Below the pieces are notes generated by a model that was not told the DNA's origin, ran no database searches, and saw only the letters and a list, made by a program, of their open reading frames with translations. 64,000 nucleotides of DNA from Rebecca billardiae RCC1528 (taxonomy: Eukaryota; Protista; Haptophyta), in assembly GCA_965240325.2 (NCBI GenBank), contig OZ251222.1, positions 4,402,001 through 4,466,000 on the forward strand. Direction: 5' to 3'. The stretch's first letter is position 1, and each line of letters opens with the position of its first letter. Positions 1 to 9,680 of this stretch are shown here, piece after piece. The position numbers were made by a program, and so were the translations under genes.

Positions 1-620
1 ATGCGCAGCCTGCCGCCGTCGAGCGCGAGCACGCGCGGCCATCCTGCAAAGAGTCCCTCCTCCGCGCTTGGCCGCAGCACGGGCTCGCCCTCGCGCGCCC
101 ACGTGCGCCCGCCGTCGGTGGAGAAGGCGCGCCCGATGCACATGCGCAGTCCGGCGCACAGCACTCCACCGAATCCCGGCACTTCCTGGCGATCGCCGCC
201 GAAGTAATACATGGTCAGCCGCTGGCCGTCGGCGCTGTCGACCAGCACGTCGCCCACGCCCACGTGCGCGCCGTCCCATGCGCGCTCGTCGTCCGAGGCG
301 GAGAAGACGGCGCCGCCGGGCAGCGGGCCGTCCACCTTAGTCCACGAGACGCCGTCCTCGCTCTCAGCCAGGCCGCAGCTGCCCGTGGGCAGGAACGGCC
401 GCAGCCCGCCTTTCCATGCTACGCCATCGCCGCCGTAGTAGAACATGCGGTACACGTCGCCCGCCTTGGCGGGAGGGAGCACGACCGGGTTCGCCACGTT
501 CTTGGTGTCGAAGCGCCCCGATGAGATGGGCGACGCGGCGAGCATCGGGCTCGCGCTCAGCACGCTCCGCGCGTCGGCGAGCGCCGCGATCATCAGGAGG
601 CGGCCGGCGTGCGCCAACAT
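1..620 (-). CDS. Five-bladed beta-propeller glycoside hydrolase-like protein (GH43/32/130 clan-like), runs off the window edge
   Basis: Manual minus-strand translation from ATG 620: MLAHAGRLLMIAALADA...NVANPVVLPP...YRMFYYGG...GLAESEDGVSWTKV...LTMYYFGG...IGRAFSTDGGRTWAREGEPVLRP. Two Asp-box (SxDGxxW) motifs. Absent from the ORF track because no stop falls inside the window. Confidence 0.7.
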   Translation of the reverse strand, partial: MLAHAGRLLMIAALADARSVLSASPMLAASPISSGRFDTKNVANPVVLPPAKAGDVYRMFYYGGDGVAWKGGLRPFLPTGSCGLAESEDGVSWTKVDGPLPGGAVFSASDDERAWDGAHVGVGDVLVDSADGQRLTMYYFGGDRQEVPGFGGVLCAGLRMCIGRAFSTDGGRTWAREGEPVLRPSAEEGLFAGWPRVLALDGGRLR

Positions 621-1109
621 GCCGCTGGACGGGTGGGTGAATGTCCGCGCGTGCTTTTCAGATCACCGGCCAAACGCTCGGAGAGAATCGTCGCGCGTTG
701 TTCGGCGCCGAACCGAACGGGTGTTGCGGTGGGCAGTTTTGTTGTATGATTTTGTTACAGGGGCCGGGGGGTCCAGATGGTGGGCCCCACTTTGGCGGTG
801 GCTGGCCAGGTAGTGCGGCACGGCCGTGCCTCTGGACGGGCATTGAGCGGTGGTGAGGTCGCCAAATGGCGTGGCGTGGTCCCAGACAAGGTTCTTACTA
901 GTCCTGATCAGCTTGCTAGCCATGCCGGTCGTTGATCACCCTGCCGTTGACAGGCGCGCACACGCCAAACGTATTCGCACGGCAGCCGTGTCGGACGGGG
1001 GTCGCACGACTACCGCGCAGCCAACCTTGCTCGTCAGATCCACGGCTTGTAGGGTCAGATGGACCTTCGCCAGGCATGCACCCTCGCAATGCATGCCCCA
1101 GAGGGCGGT

Positions 1110-1625
1110 ATGACCGTCAGAACGGTGATCCTGGCCGCTACCTGCCCATCCTTCCCATGCGCAACCTCACTCGCGCGCCGGTCGTACGGGGGCGTGGACG
1201 TGGACGTGAGAGTGGTCGAAAAGTCTGAAGGGAAGCTGTCACTCACGCACACGCGCTCGTACGGCGACGCCGACCGGCGTGTGGCATGCCCCCCGGTCCC
1301 GGACGTGCCACACGCGCCTTGGATCGCGTTGGGACGGGCATTCACGCCCGCCACCTGGACCCCCCTGTACTGTATTTTTGAATACGTAACTGATTTTACT
1401 TTACAAGTATGGCGGCCTCCACCCATCCGGTCACTCTCAACCAGCGATGCGCGGCAGATCGGCTGGTTCGATCGAGTCCAAATGATCGCCGGCGACGGCT
1501 CGAGCTACAGCGAGGGCATGGCCCACGCTCGGGGTGGAACCAGCAGCGTGTCGCGCGCCGCGCGTGTGCCGTGTGCGTGGAGTCACCTCGCCGGGGCGCC
1601 TGCCTCAGGCGCCGCCGACTCGTGA
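1110..1625 (+). CDS. Possible hypothetical protein
   Basis: Open frame (MTVRTVILAA...) with gene-like composition that converges on the monooxygenase stop. No recognisable motif. Confidence 0.2.
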   Translation: MTVRTVILAATCPSFPCATSLARRSYGGVDVDVRVVEKSEGKLSLTHTRSYGDADRRVACPPVPDVPHAPWIALGRAFTPATWTPLYCIFEYVTDFTLQVWRPPPIRSLSTSDARQIGWFDRVQMIAGDGSSYSEGMAHARGGTSSVSRAARVPCAWSHLAGAPASGAADS

Positions 1626-1642
1626 CGCGTCGGCTCGCGGCA

Positions 1643-3509
1643 TCACACCGCCGCGCCGGGCAGTAACCGCGCGAGCAGCAGCCGGCCGAGCGCGCCGAGC
1701 GCCAGCGCGCACACCCACAACGCGCGCGTGGTCGCATCGGCGCGGCGCTCGATCTCGGCGTACCCGAGATTGGGGTTCTGGATGAGCATGAAGATCTGCG
1801 GCTGGAAGAGGAAGGGCGCCGCCTTGGCGAGGCCAAGGCGCAGGAAGACGTTGAGCGCCCAGAAGGCCTGGCGCAGCTTGGAGAGGCGCGCCTCCTGCCC
1901 GTACTGCGCGCGCAAAGGGGGGCGGCGCGGGGCGCGCGCCCGCGCGTCAGCGCAGCCGGCGCGCGGCGCGCGCGCTCGTGCCCGCGCGCGCGCAGCACAC
2001 GGGCAGCAGGCAGCAGGCAGCAGGCAGCGGGCAGCAGGCAGCAGGCAGCGGGCAGCAGGCAGCAGGCAGCAGGCAGCAGGCAGCGGGCAGCAGGCAGCAG
2101 GCAGCAGGCAGCAGGCAGCAGGCAGCAGGCGCGCACACGAGGCGTGTGCACACCTGGAACGGGTACCCCAGCCGCACCAGCCGGGTGAGCGCGGCGGCCT
2201 CGCGCGAGCGCTCGGCGTCGTACTGCTGCAGCGGGGCGCGCAGCGCCGGCGGCGGCCGCGCGTCCTCCCCGAAGCGCACGCCGTGCTCCTCGAGGCGCTC
2301 GTCGAGCACCGCCACGTCCTGCAGCCCCGAGTTGACGCCCTGCCCAAGGTCGGGCGGGAACGCGTGCAAAGCGTCGCCCGCGAGCAGCGCGCCGGCGGAG
2401 TCGCAGCCGTCGGGGACGAGCGCGGCGTGCGTGCAGTGCTGCGGCGCGGGGAAGTGCCCGCCCGCGCTGCGCGTGAAGCGCGCCAGCTCCTCGTCGCCCA
2501 CCTCGTCGAAGGGCACGTGAGGGAAGACCTCCCCCAGGTAGGCCTTCATGCCCTGGAGCGAGGTCTGCTCCCACAGGGGGTGCTCGTGCCGCGTGATGAA
2601 GTTGGCGGTGCGGCCCGCCGCGTCGGTGCGCAGCGGGAGCAGGCCGCACTTGAGCGGGCGCGGCGCGCCCGGCGTCGAGCGCACCGAGTACGAGATCTCG
2701 GGCACCGCGACCTGCCGCGTGCCCCGCGCGAGCGCAAAGCCGGGCGGCAGGTTGAGCACCTTGTACCGCAGACCGGCGGACGCGCACCGGCGGCGCACGG
2801 TCGAGAAGGCGCGGCGGCGGCCGCCGAGCTCGGCGAGCTTGGGCCGCACGGCGGAGTTGAGGCCGTCGGTGCCGAGCACCAGCTGCGCCGACAGCTCCAG
2901 GCCCGCCCCGCCGGTCCCCTCCGCCGACGGCGCGACGCCCACCCGCCACTCGCCGCCCGGCGCCGCGCGCTCGAGCTGCAGCTCCGAGAGCTCGTACCCG
3001 TACAGCCGGTCGACGGGGTGCAGCCCGGAGGCGGCCGCGTCGTCGGCCGCGGTCGCGACCACCGCGTCGTCCAGGATGCGCACGAGCTTGCTCCGCGGGA
3101 TCCACTGCGCCGGCACGCGCTTGCGCTGCTCGAGGTCGACCGTGGGGAGGGCGACTGGCTCGCTCACCGGCGGGTCTGCGTCCGAGACGATGGCGATCTT
3201 GAAGGCCTCCTGCGAGACGCTGTTGTCGAGGAGCGTGTCGATCAAGCCGAGCGACTCGAGCGTCGACTGCCCCCGCCCGTCCACGTTGTACAGGAACGCG
3301 CGCTCGGGGTCGAACGCGGCCGGATCGGCCGACTTCTCGACGAGCGCGACGCGCGCGCCGCGGTTGCGCAGCTTGAGCGCGGCGGCGAGGCCCGTCGGCC
3401 CGGCCCCAACGATGACCGCGTCGTAACGCGCGAGCGCGTTGGCCTGCCCGGCGAGCGCAGCCAGCGCGACGAGCGCGCGCCGGCTCGGCGCGCCGTAATC
3501 CCACGCCAT
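1643..3509 (-). CDS. FAD-dependent monooxygenase (kynurenine 3-monooxygenase / aromatic hydroxylase-like) with N-terminal signal peptide; intron 1904..2153
   Basis: YDAVIVGAGPTGLAAA (GxGxxG), LVLGTDGLNSAVR (DG motif), LAGDALHAFPPDLGQGVNSGLQD (GD motif). A GT..AG intron joins YPFQ to YGQEARL. Confidence 0.88.
2002..2129. repeat. (GGCAGCA)n heptamer minisatellite inside the monooxygenase intron
   Basis: Direct tandem repeats with occasional GGCAGCG variants. Confidence 0.95.
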
Positions 3510-3674
3510 TAACACCGACCTCGTCCGTCCAACAGCCCGACGAGCAGCCGAAAGCCCGGCGGCGGAAAAGCCCAATTCCGGCCGGCGAACAAATTCGTCC
3601 GCACACATCAGCCCGGCATCGCGAGCGGGGACCAACTGCTGCCGCCGCGCCCGGCCGTCGCCATCGGGCTCAAC

Positions 3675-4682
3675 ATGCGCGCCCTCATCGCACTCGTCGC
3701 CGTGCTCGCGCTGCCGGCGACGCGCGGCTCGTCCTCGGCGGTGTGCGCGTCCCCCCGCGCTGTCCTCGTGACGGGCGGCAACAAGGGGCAGGGCTTCGCG
3801 CTGTGCGAGCGCGTGCTCGCCGAGCATCCGGACGCGCACGTCTTCCTCGGCGCGCGCAACCGCGCCAAGGGCGAGGAGGCGGTCGCGCGGCTGGAGGCGC
3901 GCGCGCCCGGCCGCGTCGAGCTGGTCGAGCTCGACGTGACGGACGACGCCTCCGTCCGCGCGGCGCACGCGCACGTCGCCGCCCGCCTCGGCGGCCGCGC
4001 CGAGCTGCACGGCATCGTGAGCAACGCCGGGATCCTGTGGGGCCACTCGCTGCACGAGCTGGTCGAAGTGTGCACGCTGGGCGTGCAGCGCGTGGTGGAC
4101 GCGTTCGTCCCGCTGCTCAGAGCCGACGGCGGCCGCGTCGTCGTCGTCTCCTCGGGCATGGGCCCGCTGCTCCACGGCTACGCCTCGGCCGAGCGGCGCG
4201 CGGCCATGGCGGACCCGTCCCTCACGTGGTCGCAGCTGCGCGCTATGATCGACGAGTGCCTGGCGGTCGAGCGCGCGGGCGGCGAGGGCGAGGAGTTCGA
4301 GGCGATCGGCTTCGGCGGCGGCCCCTTCTCCGAGCTCCCGTACTTCCACAAGTACGGCCTCGCCAAGATGTTTGCGGACGTGTACATGCAGACGCTCGCG
4401 CGCATGCACCCGCAGCTGGTCGTCAACTCGTGCGACCCCGGCCTCGTCTTCACCGACCTCGCCAAGGAGGTGCCGCGCTTCAAGGACAAGACGCGCGAGG
4501 AGGCGGGCGCGGCGACGCCGGCAGAGGGCGTCGAGGCGGCCATGCGCCTGCTCTTCGCCGACGTCGGCGCGGGCGCCGAGGTGCGCGGCAGCGGCGAGTT
4601 CTACGCGATGAGCAAGGACCGCTCAGCGCTGCTGCGCTCGACCATCGACCAGAAGCCCGCCGCGCCCGCGGCGTCGGGCTAG
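3675..4682 (+). CDS. Short-chain dehydrogenase/reductase, carbonyl reductase-like, with signal peptide
   Basis: VLVTGGNKGQG, SNAG, VVVVSS, YGLAK (YxxxK), NSCDPGLVFTDL. Intronless. Confidence 0.9.
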   Translation: MRALIALVAVLALPATRGSSSAVCASPRAVLVTGGNKGQGFALCERVLAEHPDAHVFLGARNRAKGEEAVARLEARAPGRVELVELDVTDDASVRAAHAHVAARLGGRAELHGIVSNAGILWGHSLHELVEVCTLGVQRVVDAFVPLLRADGGRVVVVSSGMGPLLHGYASAERRAAMADPSLTWSQLRAMIDECLAVERAGGEGEEFEAIGFGGGPFSELPYFHKYGLAKMFADVYMQTLARMHPQLVVNSCDPGLVFTDLAKEVPRFKDKTREEAGAATPAEGVEAAMRLLFADVGAGAEVRGSGEFYAMSKDRSALLRSTIDQKPAAPAASG

Positions 4683-5063
4683 AGCGTGGCGCCCGTCGCA
4701 CCTGATGAGCCGGCTGTGGGCAACGAGGTCGGCGGGGTGCTGCTGGACTCTCATCCGCGCGTGTGATGGGCGCTCGGTGCGGCGTTGGCGATCGGCGGCG
4801 ATCCGATCATCGTCGGAATGAGCCGTGCAGCATATGATCATCGATTCATATCGCGCGTCGCGTCCTGAGATCGAATCGTCGTCAGTCACGCGCTGCCAAG
4901 CATCAGCAGCATTGATGCCATGCAGGGTCAGGCGGGGCAGCATCCGCTTATATAGTCTTAGCATCGTCCATATGCGCTGTATAATAATATATGGCGGCGG
5001 CTTGGTCATATACGAAATCCCGCGCCGGTCGTCGTCTGCTGTAAACTCTGCTGCTATGGGTAG

Positions 5064-7730
5064 CTATGGCAGCTGCCGCCGAACCTTAGTTGACGATGAT
5101 GGCTTGCTGATGTCGTCAGCTACCACGGCCCGCACGGGTGGAGTCGCCTGCGCGCGCGGTTTTCTCGCCGGGCTCGGCGAGGCTGGCTGCGCCGGTGCTG
5201 CCGCGAGCGCCGCGTCGGCCACCGGGTGCTGCAGCCGCGTGAAGAAGGCGAAGAGGCTGACCGCGCCCATCACGGACGAGACGCACGAGACGGCGAGCGC
5301 GCCGACGATGGCCGAGGTGCTCCGCCCGCCGTGCGAGGCCGGCATGACCTGCGTGAGCGGGTTGGGCAGCCCGAGCGTGTTCGACAGCACGTACAGCAGC
5401 CCGTCCTCAAAGTCCCACCCCTCCACACCCGCCAGGATCCCGCCGAAGACCACGGCGAACAGGAGCACGCCGAGCGGCACAGAGAGCGCCACGTACAGCA
5501 GCACCGGCGGCACCTCGGCGGGCACGGCCGGCACACCCGCCGGGAAGGGCGGGGGCTGGGCCGCGCCGGGCGAGCCGGGCACGCCTGGCCGCGCGGAGTG
5601 GCCCACCCGCGCGCCTCGCCGGCGTGACACCACCGTCGCGCTCACGTGCTCGTGCCCCGCCACCACGCTCGCCGGCAGCGCGAGCGCCCCCGCCAGCCCG
5701 AGCCACGTGCCGAGCAGCGCGATCGTCCACACCGCGACCACGGTGGTGTGGATGTCGCCGTAGGGGGTGGTGGGCATGATGGAGACGATGGGGTTGCCCA
5801 GCCCGCACACGATGCCCACTGCCGCGCGCGCGGAATCGCCCACCGCCGAGCCGCGCCCAGTGAGAGGAGGGAGCGGGGCGCGCGCCGAGCGCGCCCCGGC
5901 CCGGTATGCGGTGCGGTGCGGCGCGGTGGGGTGTGCGGTGCGGTGTGGCGCGGTGGGGTGTGCGGTGCGCGCGCACCGATGAAGTAGATGCCGACCTCCG
6001 TGGCCCAGCCCTCGACGGCAGCGAGGATGGCGCCGAGGATGACGATGAGCACGGCGATCACGGGTATGCTCGCGAGCAGCAGCGCGCCAAACGACGCCGC
6101 CGGCCGGCGGCCGAGCGCGCCGCCCTCCCACCAGCGCGCAAAGCTCTCCACGGCCTTGAGCGAGCCCACGCTGCCGTACATGAAGACCGTCAGTGAGAAG
6201 ACGAGCAGCGAGATGCACACGTTGAGGAAGACGCCGCCCGGCGTGGCCGGCTCGACGTTGACGAAGGGGTTGGGCAGCATCGCGAGCGACGCCATCACGT
6301 ACAGCCCGCCCGTGCCCGCGCGCCACCCCTCTGCGCCGTCGAGCAGCAGCCCTGCCAGGAAGGAGACGGCCACGACGAGCAGCGGCAGCAGCACCAGCGC
6401 GAACGCGCCGAACGCGGCCGCCTCGGGCAGCGGGCCGCGGCCAAAGAGGCGCTCGTACCGGCGCAGCTGGCGCATCGGCCACGCGAGCGACGTGGACAGG
6501 CTGATCATCCCACCCGCCCACGCCAGCGCCCACATCGAGATGAGCAGAAGCAGCCCCACGCCAGTCGGCGTGCTCGGCCCCACGCTGGTGAGCGGGTTGG
6601 CGAGGCCGCACACGAGGCTCACCATGTACAGCAGGCCGCTGCCAAAGTCCCAGCCCTCGGCGAGGGCGAGCACGCCGCCGCACACCGCGCACACCAGCAG
6701 GCCGCCCAGCGGCGCGTACACCAGCAGGAATCTGCGCCCGAGGCGCCGCGCGGTGCGCGCGCACCGAGCGCAGCGCGCGCGGAGCGGTGGCGTGAGGCTG
6801 GGCTGGCGCGGCCTGAGGCGGGGGGCGCGCGTGCGCGGCGCGCAGGGCGCACCTGATGAAGGCGAGGCGCGTGTTCGGCAGGTCGTACCACAGCCACGAG
6901 GGCTCGCGGTACTGCTTCGCCTCCCGCTCCGCGCGCAGCGCAGCCACCTCGCGCCGTGCCCGCCGGCCTCGGTGCGCCGCCTGCAGCCGCGTCGCCGCGC
7001 GCTCCTTGCGCGCGGCGCGGCTGGCGTCGCGCCGCGCGCGCCGGGCCGAGGCGATGCTCTCGCTGCCGCTCTGGCTCGCATCCGCCTGCGCGCGCACCCG
7101 CCGCCGCGCCGAAGACGCGCCCGTCGTCGGCGCGCCCTCCGCCTCGTCCCTGCGCTCGGCGCGCGCCGGCGTCTCCGCGTCCGGAGCTGCCACAGACGGC
7201 TGCGAGCGGCGGCGGCGCGAGGATCGTCGCGTCGAGTCCGCTGGGTCGGCGTTCGTCCGTTCGGACGCTGGGTCGGAGAGCGCGGCGCGCGAGGCCGCAG
7301 ACGCCGCAGACGCCGCGCCGGGGACCACGATGCGCGTGGCCACCTCCGCCGCCGCGGCAGGCGCGGACGCGCGGGCGCCCGTGGGCGTGGGGAGGCTCAG
7401 CCGCTCCACATCCCGCGGCGTGCTGCGCGCCGCGTCGACGGTAGTGGGGGCGGCGGCGGAGGCCACGTCGCTCGCGCCGCGTGCAGCCGCGCTTGCGGGC
7501 TCGTGCGCAGCGCGCGCAGCGGGCGAGACACTGCTCGGAGTGGCCGGCGGGAGCGCCTGCACCGCGGACGCAGGCGCTGCCTCGCGCGGCGTGCGCGGGG
7601 GCGTCTTGAGCGCCTGGGGCGTGGAGGCGGCGGCTGGTGTGGCCGAGCGCTCCGCGGCAGCGGGAGCACTCGCCGCCGCAGGCGCCGCGGCGCGAGCCCC
7701 GAAGAGCTGGCCCAGCCCGTTACCCAGCAT
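5064..7730 (-). CDS. IQ-motif protein with four tandem 2TM/pore-loop (Ion_trans_2-like) modules; introns 6732..6852 and 5819..5976, possibly also an in-frame intron near 5556..5645
   Basis: AATRLQAAHRGRRARR IQ motif, then four TM-EGW-pore helix-[GM]LxNP-P(x)T/SxxG-TM units. GT-AG splicing restores the frame (FIR|FLLVY and YFI|VGIVCG). Confidence 0.72.
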   Translation of the reverse strand: MLGNGLGQLFGARAAAPAAASAPAAAERSATPAAASTPQALKTPPRTPREAAPASAVQALPPATPSSVSPAARAAHEPASAAARGASDVASAAAPTTVDAARSTPRDVERLSLPTPTGARASAPAAAAEVATRIVVPGAASAASAASRAALSDPASERTNADPADSTRRSSRRRRSQPSVAAPDAETPARAERRDEAEGAPTTGASSARRRVRAQADASQSGSESIASARRARRDASRAARKERAATRLQAAHRGRRARREVAALRAEREAKQYREPSWLWYDLPNTRLAFIRCALRAAHARPPPQAAPAQPHATAPRALRSVRAHRAAPRAQIPAGVRAAGRPAGVRGVRRRARPRRGLGLWQRPAVHGEPRVRPRQPAHQRGAEHADWRGAASAHLDVGAGVGGWDDQPVHVARVADAPAAPVRAPLWPRPAARGGRVRRVRAGAAAAARRGRLLPGRAAARRRRGVARGHGRAVRDGVARDAAQPLRQRRAGHAGRRLPQRVHLAARLLTDGLHVRQRGLAQGRGELCALVGGRRARPPAGGVVWRAAAREHTRDRRAHRHPRRHPRCRRGLGHGGRHLLHRCARTAHPTAPHRTAHPTAPHRTAYRAGARSARAPLPPLTGRGSAVGDSARAAVGIVCGLGNPIVSIMPTTPYGDIHTTVVAVWTIALLGTWLGLAGALALPASVVAGHEHVSATVVSRRRGARVGHSARPGVPGSPGAAQPPPFPAGVPAVPAEVPPVLLYVALSVPLGVLLFAVVFGGILAGVEGWDFEDGLLYVLSNTLGLPNPLTQVMPASHGGRSTSAIVGALAVSCVSSVMGAVSLFAFFTRLQHPVADAALAAAPAQPASPSPARKPRAQATPPVRAVVADDISKPSSSTKVRRQLP

Positions 7731-8074
7731 CTCGAACGATGGCGGGCACGGGGGAGCCCAGATTTCTCTTGTGCTGAGCTGGATTGTGGGCGGGCCGCCG
7801 GACCACGTCTGGGACGTCCCGGTTTCGAGAACGAGCCCGATCTGCCCGGACCGGTGACAATGTTGAATGTTCCGCCCCTGGCTGGTACTCTCCGCCATCG
7901 CACTCGCTTCACGCGTGTGCCCGCCGAGTAACGATGGCGGCGCAGTCCGGAGGAGAGTACCAGACAGGTTCCGCCCCCGGTTTCGTGGGCGCTCCTGCCA
8001 ACGAACGTGCTTCGTCCTCCGGCCGGCGCTGGGTTTGCGAAAGGGCCCAACAGTGAACAGTCACACACCCAGCC

Positions 8075-9649
8075 ATGGCGGAAGCGCAACTTCCACCGGC
8101 CGTGGAGGACGACGCCGTGGTTGAAGGCGCGGAGCTCGCGCACCTGCACGATGCGGGCTGCGCCTCGCGGCTCACAATGAGTTGGATCGACTCGCTCGTC
8201 CGCCTCGGCGCCCGCAAGGAGCTCGAGCCGGCTGACCTGTGGCGGCTGTCCGAGGAGCAGACGGCGCGGCGGCGCGGCGAGGTGCTCGCGCGCGCGTGGG
8301 CCGAGGACACGGCGGCGGCGCGGGCGAAGGGGCACCCCCGGGGCTCGCTCGTGCGCGCGTGGCGCCGCGTGCACGCGCGGCAGCTGATGCAGGGCGGCGC
8401 CGTCATGGCCGTGCTGCAGTTTGTGCAGCTGTCGCCGTACTGGTGCTTCAACGAGCTGCTCACCGTGATCACACAGCAGCGAGGCGTCGCGGTGGGCCTG
8501 CGGCTGTCGGCGCTGCTCGTGGTGCTGCTGTGCAGCAAGACGCTCCTTGAGAACCACTACGTCCGCATCCAGTGCGCGCGCGCGCGCGCGCCGCCGCCGC
8601 CGGCCGCGCGCGCGCGCGCATGCGCGAGGCGATTGGCTCACGCCCAGCGCGCGCCCCGCGCACGCCGCGCCGCAGGTTCTCGCTCGGCGTGGACGTGCGC
8701 GCGTCGGTGATGCACTTCGTGTACTCGAAGGCGCTCGTGCTCACGCCCACCGCGCGGCAGGCCAACTCCGTCGGGCAGATGGTCAACCTGATGCAGCTCG
8801 ACTCCGAGAAGCTCGTGCTCGGCTTTGCGGTGCTGCACCAGCTGTGGGCGGGGCTGGCCAACGTGCTGCTGGCGGCGGCCATGCTGCTGCACGTGATCGG
8901 GCCGGCGGCGCTCGCCGGGCTGGGGGTGATCGTGCTGCTCATCCCCGTCTCGATGGCGCTCACCGATGCCCAGCGCCGCCGACAGAACCAGGTGTGTGCG
9001 CGCGGACGCCAGCGGTGCGCGAGGCCGCGCCCTCCGCCCGACCGGCTGAGCGGTTGGTGCTCCGCGCGCGCGCGCCGTGCGCCCGTCGCAGGCGGCCAAG
9101 TTCACGGACGAGCGGATCAAGGTGCTGAGCGAGGTGCTGCAGGGCATCCGCGTGCTCAAGTTCTACTCGTGGGAGGCCGCGTACCTGCGGCGCATCTGCG
9201 CGCTGCGCGGCGCCGAGCTCGAGCAGCTCGGCGCCAAGGCCGTGCTGAAGGCGCTCTCGTCCGTCTGCCTGGACGCGGCGCCCACGTTCGCCACCGTCGC
9301 GACGTTCGCGGCGTTCGTGTGGCTCGGCGGCGCGATCTCGCCGGCGACGGTGCCGACGGTGTTCACCACGCTCGCCGTCTTCACGCAGCTCCGCGTCCCC
9401 CTCTCCTCGTACCCGATCACGATCGGCATGCTGGGCGACGCGCACGTGTGCGTGCAGCGGCTGCAGCGCTTCTTCGCGCTCAAGGAGCTGCCCCAGCTCA
9501 AGCAGCTGCCCGCGCTGGACGAGCGGCCGCAGGGGAGCGCGGACGGCGGGGGCGCGGGCGGGGAGGCGGGCGTGCGCGTCGACGGCGGCACGTTCTCGTG
9601 GGACCCGGAGCTCACCACGGACGGCACGTCCGGGCGGCTCTCCGACCTT

Positions 9650-9680
<31 letters not shown>

